A DNA stretch of 37,089 nt from a virus: the IMG/VR virus record IMGVR_UViG_3300009618_000019. The stretch is one strand, 5' to 3'. Below, one piece after another: positions 1 through 9,078 of this stretch; within the stretch, counting starts at the first letter, position 1; each line of letters opens with the position of its first letter. A program made the position numbers and the translations under genes. A model generated the notes under the pieces. That model was not told the DNA's origin. It did not search any database and saw only the letters and a list, made by a program, of their open reading frames with translations.

Positions 1-377
1 TATCGCGCCTTAAAGTAGCGCAAGAAGGAATCATTGCGGAAACGCAACAAATAAGTCCCCAAACCAAACTGTCGCCACTTGGACTGTGGATGTGTCTAGC
101 CTTAGTTATGACGGTACGGTTTGCCTCCAGCAAGTTCTGCTAATGACAGGAACAGCGCCCCTGTTTGGGGAAATCTTCTTAAGGGGGTGTCTGCCTTGCT
201 GGAGGTAGAAGTTTATAGCCCAGTTGAAGTCACGCCTCCAAGGATAACTGGTGTCTTGGTATTCTTTGCTTTAGGAAGCTCACTTCTATCCACAGCTGAG
301 CCTAAATTGGTAGATGTATCGTGGATAGGTGCATCTAGCATTCTAAAGGACTGGGCTATAACATTTACAGGAGTAAT

Positions 378-668
378 ATGCCGCAATCTTCGATCTTCTT
401 TCAATCCGCTTGCCTACGCATCGACCTTGTTCCTGACTCGCGGGGCTATGTGTTATTCAAGCTATCAAAGCAAGACCCCAATAACACAGGCAAGTTTACT
501 CCGCTCTATCACACAGATGCTCTCACTTGCGAGTATCTCGTTGATCTAATTGCAATTGCAGTGGATGCTGCAAAATGGATTTCAGTGAATTGCGAGGAAA
601 TCAAAGAAGATAACAGACATCTGTACTTCAAGTTTAAGGAGGCCCTCGATGTACGGTCCGTTTCCTGA
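378..668 (+). CDS. hypothetical protein (96 aa)
   Basis: ORF co-oriented with the downstream early genes and overlapping the next ORF; no recognisable motif. Confidence 0.45.
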   Translation: MPQSSIFFQSACLRIDLVPDSRGYVLFKLSKQDPNNTGKFTPLYHTDALTCEYLVDLIAIAVDAAKWISVNCEEIKEDNRHLYFKFKEALDVRSVS

Positions 669-861
669 GAATCCAGAAGAGGCAATCGCAATCTTAATGG
701 ATACACAAGACGAGCCTCTTGACTGCCACAGGCATTGTTCTCATTGGGATACAGAGGGTGAATGTTGCGGGTGTGGAGACGTTCGCACACCCAATCACAG
801 CTATATTCCCCCCGGTCCTGAAGAGGATGAAGAAGCATCATACGAAATAATTCCGCGCTAA
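649..861 (+). CDS. small acidic Cys/His-rich protein (70 aa), possible Zn-binding
   Basis: CHRHCSH and CCGCG motifs; GGAGG just upstream; stop codon abuts the first inverted-repeat arm. Confidence 0.55.
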   Translation: MYGPFPENPEEAIAILMDTQDEPLDCHRHCSHWDTEGECCGCGDVRTPNHSYIPPGPEEDEEASYEIIPR

Positions 862-975
862 CGAGGGGTTTATAGCCTGGTGGGATAGCGGCTGCGACTG
901 TAAGCCGCTTATCGCTGAAGTTGATCGAGGGTCTGTTCAAGGAGCCCTAACACCAGGCTATAAACCCCTCGTTAG
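858..975. repeat. IR element 1: perfect 25-bp inverted repeat containing the 20-bp motif, 68-bp interior
   Basis: 858-882 CTAACGAGGGGTTTATAGCCTGGTG is the exact reverse complement of 951-975 CACCAGGCTATAAACCCCTCGTTAG. Confidence 0.97.
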
Positions 976-990
976 GGTAAAGGAGAATCT

Positions 991-1140
991 ATGTTCGTTG
1001 AGTTGGTAAAAAAACTCTTGGAAGAGTATGCCCAAGTGTTACAGCGCGGTGGCCTTAGTCCTGAACGTATTCCAGAAGTTCTTCAGCGTGCGCAGTACAC
1101 GCTCGCCAGCCTGCTTGCAAGTGATTTAATTAAGCTCTAG
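991..1140 (+). CDS. small hypothetical protein (49 aa, MFVELVKKLLEEY...), below the ORF-track cutoff
   Basis: ATG at 991 with AAGGAG Shine-Dalgarno; open to TAG at 1138-1140; fills the gap before the next gene. Confidence 0.6.
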   Translation: MFVELVKKLLEEYAQVLQRGGLSPERIPEVLQRAQYTLASLLASDLIKL

Positions 1141-1150
1141 GAGGGACAAA

Positions 1151-2467
1151 ATGAGAACAACGCTTGATTGGAAGGACCTGAAAGAGGGGGATATTTTTAA
1201 GGTTATTATGCCTAGTTTGAAACTAAGAAACATTTTTTGGCGAGGCTCCTCAACTCTTTATACACTTAGAGATCACGTAATCTCTTTAGTGGAAAACCCG
1301 TCGCTTGAGATAACAAAACACCCTTCGCACCCTCAAGCAAACAGCAGCATACAAGGCGCTGTTCAACCAGTAAGGTGTCTTGATTCGCTTCCACCTGTTA
1401 AGATCTTCGAAGCTCTAATGGATCGTGTTAATCGCTATACAGGCAGCGACCCCGAGATTTTCGTTGTGCGCGGTAGCGAACATAAAACACTTCTCCCAGC
1501 TTTTAGGTTCTTGCCGACACAAGAAACACAACAAAAAGCCCATCCACGAGGCGGCGTGATTGGTAATATCGACCAAACATTAACGGCCTATGCTTATCGT
1601 GATGGCTTTGCTGCAGAATGCTTTATTCATCCGGTCCATTGTCACGGTTTTTTAATCAACTACTTACGTGATGGCCTATTGAATGTACTAAAGGCTGCAC
1701 AAACTTTTGATCGTACAGCTAAGCTGACAATCAAGAACACTTTTACCATCCCTGAAATCACCATGCGCAATGCGGCAGAGGAAGACATTGCGCTTGGTTG
1801 TATGCCATCACAGAACGCTTACGATGATTCCCCGAATCTTCCTATTGCAGCACGTAATTTTCATTTGCGCTTCGCAGGTGGGCATATACATTTTGATATT
1901 CTTCCAGCTGGAAGGAACAACTTAATTGAAATGGTTCGCGCATGTGATGTTCTTGCTGCGATTCCCGCAGTTGCAATCTTTGCGTCTATTGACTCACCAA
2001 TACGGCGTCAATTTTATGGACGTGCGGGTGAATATCGTACACCTAAATACGGGTTGGAGTATCGTGTCTTGTCGAATGCCTGGCTTGCAACCCCGGAGGT
2101 TGCACATTTGATCCTCAATCTTACTCGCGTTGGTTTGAAGGTAGGACGAAGTGGTTTTCGACACCTTTTGGACATTGATGAACAAGCAGCACGCGACATC
2201 ATCAACTACTGCGATGTAAAGGCTGCACGTAAGTATGTGCTCGATCACATCAACATGTTCCACGTACTGCTTGCCGGTGACGGTGTTTACAGAGATAAAG
2301 ACACCGACGCCGGATTCAAACGCATAATCGAGGGTGGTATTGAAGCAATCTTCCCTGACTTTGAAGACCTTGCCTCTAATTGGAAACTAAACCAGAATTG
2401 GTTCGGTGAATCGAACAATGGAGCAGCTTTTTGGGGATCATTATGCAGGCGACTTCCAAAGGCGTAA
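1151..2467 (+). CDS. COOH-NH2 ligase type 2 (phiEco32-like amidoligase), paralogue 1
   Basis: Motifs GSDPEIF, DGFAAE, GGHIHF, GEYR, LEYRVLSNAWL; GGAGG RBS. Confidence 0.85.
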   Translation: MRTTLDWKDLKEGDIFKVIMPSLKLRNIFWRGSSTLYTLRDHVISLVENPSLEITKHPSHPQANSSIQGAVQPVRCLDSLPPVKIFEALMDRVNRYTGSDPEIFVVRGSEHKTLLPAFRFLPTQETQQKAHPRGGVIGNIDQTLTAYAYRDGFAAECFIHPVHCHGFLINYLRDGLLNVLKAAQTFDRTAKLTIKNTFTIPEITMRNAAEEDIALGCMPSQNAYDDSPNLPIAARNFHLRFAGGHIHFDILPAGRNNLIEMVRACDVLAAIPAVAIFASIDSPIRRQFYGRAGEYRTPKYGLEYRVLSNAWLATPEVAHLILNLTRVGLKVGRSGFRHLLDIDEQAARDIINYCDVKAARKYVLDHINMFHVLLAGDGVYRDKDTDAGFKRIIEGGIEAIFPDFEDLASNWKLNQNWFGESNNGAAFWGSLCRRLPKA

Positions 2468-2760
2468 CTTATACCGCCGAACGTTGTCCAATGTGTGCGG
2501 AAGGAAAAGTCTTTTCTGAGCATACACAACTCTTTCGAGATTGTACCTTTTGTGCAGGACTTGGGACTGTGTTTCCCAGCCACAAATGTGCCTGTGGTGC
2601 TTCACCAACACAAATTACGTCAGATGGTTTTATGTATTGCGGAAAGAAGGTTTGTCTCGACGACCTGAAACGCGATGCAGCAACGTCTGTTGAATCATTA
2701 GGTTATACAGGCTTTGGTTGGCATAGTCCGAGCGGATATGATTCTCGTTACTCGGAATAA
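2431..2760 (+). CDS. Zn-finger-like protein (start uncertain)
   Basis: CPMC, CTFC, CACG and CxxxxC motifs. Confidence 0.55.
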   Translation: MGIIMQATSKGVTYTAERCPMCAEGKVFSEHTQLFRDCTFCAGLGTVFPSHKCACGASPTQITSDGFMYCGKKVCLDDLKRDAATSVESLGYTGFGWHSPSGYDSRYSE

Positions 2761-3317
2761 GATTGGAGGAGCATCGAAGCGACACGCCAAGGGGTTTCCA
2801 GGGTCAGTGCCTGTTGGGGTCAAACATTGGTAACAATGGGACTGGAAGCTACGCTTGAATGAAAAGATGGTTGCAGCAAGTAAAGTCTCTGTTCGATAAT
2901 ACCTATGTACCCTGTTGTGCTTCGGTACTGACGGCGAAAGGTTATTGTCTACATAACATGCTGCTACTGTTCAACCGGACGTTCATTTAGGGCAACCTTT
3001 GAGGATACGCTTTCGCGAGGCTCCTCCAATAATTTTTGTAAGGTACTGCGGTTGTAGCCGCAGTAGTACGAGTCCACCTGACGCTCATCTTCATTAAAGA
3101 TGAGCACACGTCGCGTGGATTTTCGTTTCTGCGCTTGGGACGCTGTTCCAGGTGTAGACAGAGTTGAGGCCAAAGCGGTGCTAACAAGTACCCCAAGTAG
3201 CTACACTACAGGAACAGGACCGGCCAATCCTGTGCTCTCTGAATAAAAGCGCCTGTACTGCCATGGGAGCTAGAAACCTTCTGTCGGAGAAGGGTGATGC
3301 TCCCGCCAGGATTGAGT
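2761..3317 (+). ncRNA. candidate structured non-coding RNA or leader region
   Basis: No + strand ORF of 60 aa or more between 2761 and 3262 in a gene-dense region; hairpins at 3044-3065 (8 bp), 3083-3105 (9 bp) and 3265-3304 (GGGAGC/GCTCCC plus CCTTCT/AGAAGG). Confidence 0.35.
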
Positions 3318-3431
3318 TACACGAGGGGTTTATAGCCTGGTGCGTAGCCTTTGCGATGTTGCAGTCGCCGGGGTCGGAGGTCTGCTTAAACTGCAACCCG
3401 ACCTCCCACCAGGCTATAAACCCCTCGTGTA
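3318..3431. repeat. IR element 2: perfect 25-bp inverted repeat, 64-bp interior
   Basis: 3318-3342 TACACGAGGGGTTTATAGCCTGGTG pairs exactly with 3407-3431. Confidence 0.97.
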
Positions 3432-3447
3432 TAAATTGGAGTAACGA

Positions 3448-4017
3448 ATGTCCGAGTCTTATAAGGCGTTGAGAGTGCCTGTCGCGTTGTTGCAACAGAA
3501 GGTTTATTCGTATGGACAACGCCTGCCAGCATGGACAGGTATTCTTCTTGATGATAAAGGAAAGACTGTTGTCTCCGATGCTTCGCGTGTAACCAGTCCT
3601 TCGGCAGCTCCACTTGTTGTAGCGCGGAAGGTTGAGCCCGATAGCAACTTATTTACAAACACTCCGTGGTTGCGGCGCTTTTTTTTCTTGGTAGACGATA
3701 AGGAGCGTGTGACATGTCGAAGCTGCTTTGAGATTGCAACAACAGGTGAGGAACGCAAGAAACATACTATTTGTTATAAACCAATTGCGCGAACTCTTGC
3801 TTTGATGGTTAAAGACGGCGCTTGTGCGATTTGTGAACAGAACCTTGATCCTGTTGCAGTTGACAAAGATTTTAATGGCGTTCCTGTTTGTAGTGAGAGT
3901 TGCCTTTTTATATGGGATCGAATGCCCCCGGATTCTTTTGATTTCGAGATGGCTGCCGTAAAAGCAGAGCTTGCAGCCGAAGCTGAGCCTAAGAAGGGGA
4001 TTAGTTATGGCCTATGA
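3448..4017 (+). CDS. hypothetical protein with CxxC motifs (189 aa)
   Basis: GGAG RBS directly after IR element 2; CRSC, CAIC and CSESC motifs. Confidence 0.7.
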   Translation: MSESYKALRVPVALLQQKVYSYGQRLPAWTGILLDDKGKTVVSDASRVTSPSAAPLVVARKVEPDSNLFTNTPWLRRFFFLVDDKERVTCRSCFEIATTGEERKKHTICYKPIARTLALMVKDGACAICEQNLDPVAVDKDFNGVPVCSESCLFIWDRMPPDSFDFEMAAVKAELAAEAEPKKGISYGL

Positions 4018-4870
4018 CAAATTTGAGCGCCTCGGTGTATCCCCGATGCCACGTCCTTTTCCAGGAAAATACCCAACGCGGATGCAGATAAAGGCTATCC
4101 GTGGAGATATACCTTTTCAGTATACAGGGAAACCTGTTTCTGTTTTGAAGATGCTTGTTCGGAAACAGTTCATTTGTTGTGGTGGCAATTGCTTCAACTT
4201 GCGAGTTACGGAGTTCGATCAAAATGGAATAATAAGACGCTCGAATGGTGGTAATCTTGAACTGTCTTGCACCTTCGCTGACTTGTATCATCCTGTTCCA
4301 CAGGCGCTTTGGGAAAATCTTGGGCGCGCAACACGCTTGTTGATGATGTTGGATCGCGTGCTTGTGAAGATTGATGGAATTTCTGTTTATACGAACAAGT
4401 TCTGGTTAAACACACCTTGGCTTGAAGGTATTCATCGAATGGCACGAAACGCCATTCATGCACGTCTTGGGAGACAGTGGTTTACCGAAGCGAATGCGTT
4501 AGAACTTTCTCGGCTTTTGGAGGATGGAGAAAACAATCCAACACAGACATGGACTCGACTCGTGCCCGTAGTACCAACGCCTCCTACACCAACAAGACCT
4601 GTTTTACATCGGCGTCCGCGCAATGTTCCACCACCCGAAGCCCAGATCGAACGCCCACAGATAATACCGACGCTTCCGGGGCATTGGACGCTTGAAGCCG
4701 AGATCGGACGCCCGCAGATAATACGGATACCTCTGGGGCATTGGACGCTTGGGGAACATGCTCAGGCGCAACTTCAACAAAATCAACAAGCGGCAGCCAT
4801 ACTGCAACAGCAAAATGGTAATGTCTTACGTGACACTGACGATGATATGATCCCTGAGTATCCTCTATGA
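4007..4870 (+). CDS. hypothetical protein with Pro/Gln-rich C-terminus (probable start ATG 4007)
   Basis: Long ORF overlapping its neighbours; 19-aa internal duplication near the C-terminus. Confidence 0.7.
   Translation: MAYDKFERLGVSPMPRPFPGKYPTRMQIKAIRGDIPFQYTGKPVSVLKMLVRKQFICCGGNCFNLRVTEFDQNGIIRRSNGGNLELSCTFADLYHPVPQALWENLGRATRLLMMLDRVLVKIDGISVYTNKFWLNTPWLEGIHRMARNAIHARLGRQWFTEANALELSRLLEDGENNPTQTWTRLVPVVPTPPTPTRPVLHRRPRNVPPPEAQIERPQIIPTLPGHWTLEAEIGRPQIIRIPLGHWTLGEHAQAQLQQNQQAAAILQQQNGNVLRDTDDDMIPEYPL
4637..4750 (+). repeat. two tandem 57-bp (19-codon) direct repeats
   Basis: 4637-4693 versus 4694-4750, 49/57 identical; encodes EAQIERPQIIPTLPGHWTL and EAEIGRPQIIRIPLGHWTL. Confidence 0.9.
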
Positions 4871-6321
4871 ATCGACAAGCTGTTTTACGCGCCTCGTTGA
4901 TGGGCGAACATTTCGATGCAGATCAAAAGAAGGTTGACTGGGCCTTAAATCACAAGCCCCTTATGTCTCCTTCGATCTTCACGATTACAGGTCGTTACTT
5001 GAACCATTTTTGTGTTGGTTCTGATCCTGAGTTTTGTTTCCGTGATGAATACAACCATCGCGTTGAGGCTGTTGCTTGTGGCCTTAAAGTAGGACTTGCA
5101 GCAGGTGCAGACCAGAATGAACGTTTGGTAGAACTGCGTCCTTGGCCTTCTGTTTCGGTGGTAGAACACATGGCAGGCATTTTAACTGCATTAAGATGGC
5201 TGCATCGTGTTTTTAATCAGGCAACAAGCCGTTATTTGTGGAGAGCAGGCGCTTATTTTGCCGGAGACGGAATAGGTGGTCACATTCATTTTGGTCGAAA
5301 GCGGCCTACCAGGATCGAAGAGGTTGCGGCTTTAGATGGTCTCGCAAACGTTCTCAAGCTAAGTGGGCTGTTTCCTGTGACAGAGTGGGCTCAACGTATG
5401 CGAGGAGACCACTATCACAATGCCCCTTATGGATTGCCGGGAGATTGGCGCGTTCAACTTCATGGTTATGAATACCGAAGTCTGCCTTCATGGCTTCAGT
5501 CGCCAACCGTTGCCTTTATTGCTGTTGCTTCTTCTAAGCTCGCAATACTTGATCCTGCAATTACAACAACTTGGAAGCAGCTTATTTTGACAGAAACGAC
5601 GGCACGTAATCAACTTCGGGGACTTGCGAAGTTGTATAAAGGGCGCGACGATGACGCATACATCCTTTATTACATCCTAACGAGGAATGGTGATGCGCCC
5701 TTCAACGTTGATTATGCTGGTGATTTTGCGCCTAGTTGGGGCATTCCACGAACCGCTGCTCCATTAGAAGCTGACGGGGGTGTGATTTTACCTAGTTGCA
5801 TACAACCCCTTCCTGAAGAGATTAACGAAATGCGGGACCATCTGTTGTTTGGGGTGCCTTTGACATTTACGCTTCATCCCCCGAACTTCAAGACATCAAT
5901 TCCGAATTGTTATAGGTGGCTTCCTGTTTACGTAAATCCAGGGCGTCGATCTGGGTTTGGTGATTTACTCCACAATCTCGTGGGGCATCGCGACTTTGAT
6001 TTGTATTGGGACTATAACAACGACGGGAACTTTCGTATTACAGGAAAGTTAACAACACTTTGGACAACAGCAGAAAAAGAAATGTTGCGGCGATATTATC
6101 CCGGAGTTATCATATCTTCAAGTAGCCGCGATTCTGGTTCAGGCCTTTTAATTCCAAAATGTTTGTGTCAAACAGCCACCATTGCAGGACTCCGCGCAAT
6201 TTTACTTAATTCAGGACTATTCCCGCTTTGGACCGTTGAGACAGTTGAAGCGGATTCTTTCGCAAAATGGTTCGCAACTAAAAAAGAGCTTGTTGCATCA
6301 CGAGTCTGGAGGACTGTGTAA
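4867..6321 (+). CDS. COOH-NH2 ligase type 2 (amidoligase), paralogue 2
   Basis: GSDPEFCF, VELRP, GGHIHFG, YEYRSLPSWL. Confidence 0.85.
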   Translation: MNRQAVLRASLMGEHFDADQKKVDWALNHKPLMSPSIFTITGRYLNHFCVGSDPEFCFRDEYNHRVEAVACGLKVGLAAGADQNERLVELRPWPSVSVVEHMAGILTALRWLHRVFNQATSRYLWRAGAYFAGDGIGGHIHFGRKRPTRIEEVAALDGLANVLKLSGLFPVTEWAQRMRGDHYHNAPYGLPGDWRVQLHGYEYRSLPSWLQSPTVAFIAVASSKLAILDPAITTTWKQLILTETTARNQLRGLAKLYKGRDDDAYILYYILTRNGDAPFNVDYAGDFAPSWGIPRTAAPLEADGGVILPSCIQPLPEEINEMRDHLLFGVPLTFTLHPPNFKTSIPNCYRWLPVYVNPGRRSGFGDLLHNLVGHRDFDLYWDYNNDGNFRITGKLTTLWTTAEKEMLRRYYPGVIISSSSRDSGSGLLIPKCLCQTATIAGLRAILLNSGLFPLWTVETVEADSFAKWFATKKELVASRVWRTV

Positions 6322-7361
6322 TGTGTGGAATCGCTGGAGTACGTAAATTCGGAGCGACTCCGATAACAGGAGAAGAGCTTATACTGTTGCTCTGTTCCAT
6401 TGAGCATCGTGGACAACACGCAACAGGTATTGCTCTGGAAGGCCCAGACGGTATTTTCGTGTTTAAGGCACCTGAACCTGCATGGAAGTTTACTCGATCA
6501 AAGGAATTTGAAGCCTTCCTGAACGAGCACTTAACAGAAAATACGCGCACAGCACTTCTACACACGCGTTGGTACACCGTTGGCAGCCCAGAGGACAACG
6601 AGAATAACCATCCAATGTGGGACGGTGAAACAGCCGTTGTTCACAATGGTTGTATCTCGAACCATCTTACGCTCTTCTATCAAGGTCACTATGAACGTTC
6701 TTGTGAGACCGATTCGGATATTCTTCGAGCAATCATCTCTGAACATGGTATGAATGAGGCTGGAATTCGCGAGTTGAATAAGGTTCAAGGTTCTGCGGCG
6801 ATTGCAGCTATATCTTCACGCTATCCTGACAAGTTGCTCCTTGCTCGAAGTGGTTCGCCTATTGTTTTTGGCTTCACGGATAACGGTGACAAGCTCTACT
6901 GGGCATCTGAAGCGCAGGCGATCCTACGCGCCTGCAAGCCATTCCATCAGGTAAGAGGCGTTTGGGTACAAGATACACGGGCAAATGTAAGTGTTGGAAG
7001 TATGCCCGATAATACGGCTTGGGTCTTTGGGCCAGAAGAGATCGAATTTCATCACGAATTCAAGCTCTGCACCTTCTATCGACAACCCGACTATAAGAAC
7101 GGACGTGAAAGTTACCACTCGAAGATGCGCACTGCCAAGTGGGAAAAGCGCAAGAAGGCCACAACTGGACCAACAACAATCGTTCATGTTCCAACACCAG
7201 CAGGTGTACACAGTCCGCTGTCAGCCGCACCTACAGTTATTGAGAACTTACGTGGGGCTGTAATCAAGTGCCCTGCTTGCGGTCATGGAAACCAAAACGT
7301 TAAAGGTTTTCCCTGGAATCTCTTAGTATGTCATAAGTGCAAAGGTAGTTTGGGGGCGTAA
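6321..7361 (+). CDS. class II (Ntn) glutamine amidotransferase with C-terminal Zn ribbon
   Basis: N-terminal MCGIAG (Cys2 nucleophile), RGQHATG, HTRW, NHP, HNG, TDSD; CPAC...CHKC at the C-terminus; start overlaps the upstream stop (TAATG). Confidence 0.9.
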   Translation: MCGIAGVRKFGATPITGEELILLLCSIEHRGQHATGIALEGPDGIFVFKAPEPAWKFTRSKEFEAFLNEHLTENTRTALLHTRWYTVGSPEDNENNHPMWDGETAVVHNGCISNHLTLFYQGHYERSCETDSDILRAIISEHGMNEAGIRELNKVQGSAAIAAISSRYPDKLLLARSGSPIVFGFTDNGDKLYWASEAQAILRACKPFHQVRGVWVQDTRANVSVGSMPDNTAWVFGPEEIEFHHEFKLCTFYRQPDYKNGRESYHSKMRTAKWEKRKKATTGPTTIVHVPTPAGVHSPLSAAPTVIENLRGAVIKCPACGHGNQNVKGFPWNLLVCHKCKGSLGA

Positions 7362-7364
7362 CCG

Positions 7365-7523
7365 ATGTATACACCGAACTGTAATCCTTTCTTCATGTTG
7401 GGAGAACGTTGTCCTGATTGCGGAGAAGCTGAAAATTGCTATCCTGATAACGAGCTACCCTGCGACTATCCAGAGACACTTGAACCGCGTATTTGTGAGA
7501 TGTGTGGTCACTGGGTCAGTTAA
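7365..7523 (+). CDS. small Cys-rich protein (52 aa), below the ORF-track cutoff
   Basis: ATG 7365 to TAA 7521-7523; CPDC and CEMC motifs; fills the gap between GATase and ATP-grasp genes. Confidence 0.6.
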   Translation: MYTPNCNPFFMLGERCPDCGEAENCYPDNELPCDYPETLEPRICEMCGHWVS

Positions 7524-7533
7524 CGAGGTTATT

Positions 7534-8301
7534 ATGGAATTTCGTGTGGCGAGAGCAGCAAGAGTAACAGGCGAACTGCTTGAAACACTGGTTCGACAAG
7601 CACTTCGCGCGCAGGACATTCCTGAGCCTGATTGCGTAATCTGCTATGGCGTAGGCTATAGTGGGACAAAACCAGCATTGAATGCCAAGTGTTCGACACT
7701 CAACAAGATGCAACAAGGCATCAAGCTCCATGAAAGGCTTCGTGAAGAAGCCCTTCAGATTATCTTGGCGCAGGATGCTATTATGATGCCAGGAAATCCA
7801 CCGCTAATTGGGAGAAACATTCAACACAGTAAGGGACGTGATATACGATATTGCCGAACCTTACGAATGATGAATAAAGCCATCCGGCTTGGCCGTGCTT
7901 ATTTTACTCCTCTCGTAGATTCCGATACAGAATACAGGGTCTGGGTGTATCGCAAGAGAGTTTTATCGGTCTACGAGAAAAGGTTAACTGAACCAGAAAA
8001 CAACACAAAGTTTGGGCGGAATCGCGCGAATGGTTGGACATTTCACGCACTTGGGACGGAGGAAATCCCTGAGAGCGTGCGTATGGTTGCCAAGAAAGCT
8101 GTTGCTGCATTAAACCTGGACTTTGGCGCAGTAGATATTCTCGGCAAGTGGGAAGACGAGGCACACACAACCCTTCATGCAACAGTCTTGGAGGTTAATT
8201 CAGCTCCTGGCGTTGCAAATGAACATCGCAGTTGTATCGTTCGGCTTACCAATCGCATCGTTTGTTGGATCGCGAACGGGTGTCCAGCACGAACAGAATA
8301 G
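7534..8301 (+). CDS. ATP-grasp fold ligase (RimK/glutathione-synthetase-like); probable start ATG 7534
   Basis: EYRVWV, DFGAVDIL, LEVNSAPG motifs; GAGG RBS before 7534. Confidence 0.85.
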   Translation: MEFRVARAARVTGELLETLVRQALRAQDIPEPDCVICYGVGYSGTKPALNAKCSTLNKMQQGIKLHERLREEALQIILAQDAIMMPGNPPLIGRNIQHSKGRDIRYCRTLRMMNKAIRLGRAYFTPLVDSDTEYRVWVYRKRVLSVYEKRLTEPENNTKFGRNRANGWTFHALGTEEIPESVRMVAKKAVAALNLDFGAVDILGKWEDEAHTTLHATVLEVNSAPGVANEHRSCIVRLTNRIVCWIANGCPARTE

Positions 8302-8703
8302 GGGAGGGGTTTGTGGCCTGGTATGGCATGATCGACTGAATTGTCGAAGCCTGCGGTGTGTCTCCTGCGCCAGGCCACAAATAGGTGATTTATGGGTGTT
8401 AAGAAGCACTTCATTCTTACAACTTCAGATGCGATCTTTGTTGGGCCTGCAGTGCATTATGAGTTGCTGAGGCTTTATGGAATTTGGCGTACAAACTACC
8501 GACTCCCTCAACTTGCAGAAATTCAATGGCCTGTAGGGGGCTGGCGAAAGCGTGTTCCCTTTCTATACCAAATCCTACATGCTGCAGTAAGAGATCGCAT
8601 ATATACCCTACGCGAATTACGCGCCCGAAATCCACGCAAGGAACAAGAATATCGGGATGCACTCGGCTGGATTAAGAACCACCCCAGGCCACAAACCCCT
8701 CCC
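8302..8703. repeat. IR element 3: perfect 20-bp inverted repeat with a covaried motif core (GTG/CAC), plus an internal 12-bp copy of the right-arm core
   Basis: 8302-8321 GGGAGGGGTTTGTGGCCTGG pairs with 8684-8703; CCAGGCCACAAA occurs at both 8370-8381 and 8684-8695. Confidence 0.92.
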
Positions 8704-8715
8704 AGAGGTCGCTAG
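8392..8715 (+). CDS. basic hypothetical protein (107 aa) carried inside IR element 3
   Basis: AGGTGA RBS at 8383-8388; the ORF reads through the right arm. Confidence 0.6.
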   Translation: MGVKKHFILTTSDAIFVGPAVHYELLRLYGIWRTNYRLPQLAEIQWPVGGWRKRVPFLYQILHAAVRDRIYTLRELRARNPRKEQEYRDALGWIKNHPRPQTPPRGR

Positions 8716-9078
8716 ATGAGTTTGCGAACTACGCACTTTGCGAAGATAAATGGAGAAGTTGATATTTTCTCTGGGGGTAAGCAAGAGACGTTTCTTCGCT
8801 GCTATGAACACGGTGTTGTTCCGCCAATTCCTTTTTATTCAATCTATCAGAATGGATATACAGCGAGAGACCCTATCTGGACTTGTTTGCGTTGTTTTGA
8901 AAAGTGGACAGGGTTTGCTGTACAGGCGGCACTTGAGAAGAACTGTTGTCATTGTTGCAAAAGTGTAGAGAACATCAAAGCGTGTGAGATGTGTGGAAAG
9001 TTGGTGTGTTTTAACCACCAGCAAGAAGGAGTTTGTGATGATTGCTTTGAAGGAATTCGAGGAGCCGGAGGTAAGTAA
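8716..9078 (+). CDS. Cys-rich Zn-finger protein (120 aa)
   Basis: CLRC, CCHCC, CEMC, CxxH and CDDC motifs. Confidence 0.65.
   Translation: MSLRTTHFAKINGEVDIFSGGKQETFLRCYEHGVVPPIPFYSIYQNGYTARDPIWTCLRCFEKWTGFAVQAALEKNCCHCCKSVENIKACEMCGKLVCFNHQQEGVCDDCFEGIRGAGGK

Noticed and set aside
855-978. Integron attC-like ends (GCGCTAAC...GTTAGGG) around element 1, with the stop codon in the left box
   Set aside because: Only element 1 shows AAC/GTT ends, the arms lack extrahelical bases, and the recombinase has no obvious IntI-specific insertion; probably coincidental.
858-3431. MITE/IS terminal inverted repeats
   Set aside because: No target-site duplications (the flanks extend as inverted, not direct, sequence), the interiors are unrelated, and no transposase is present.
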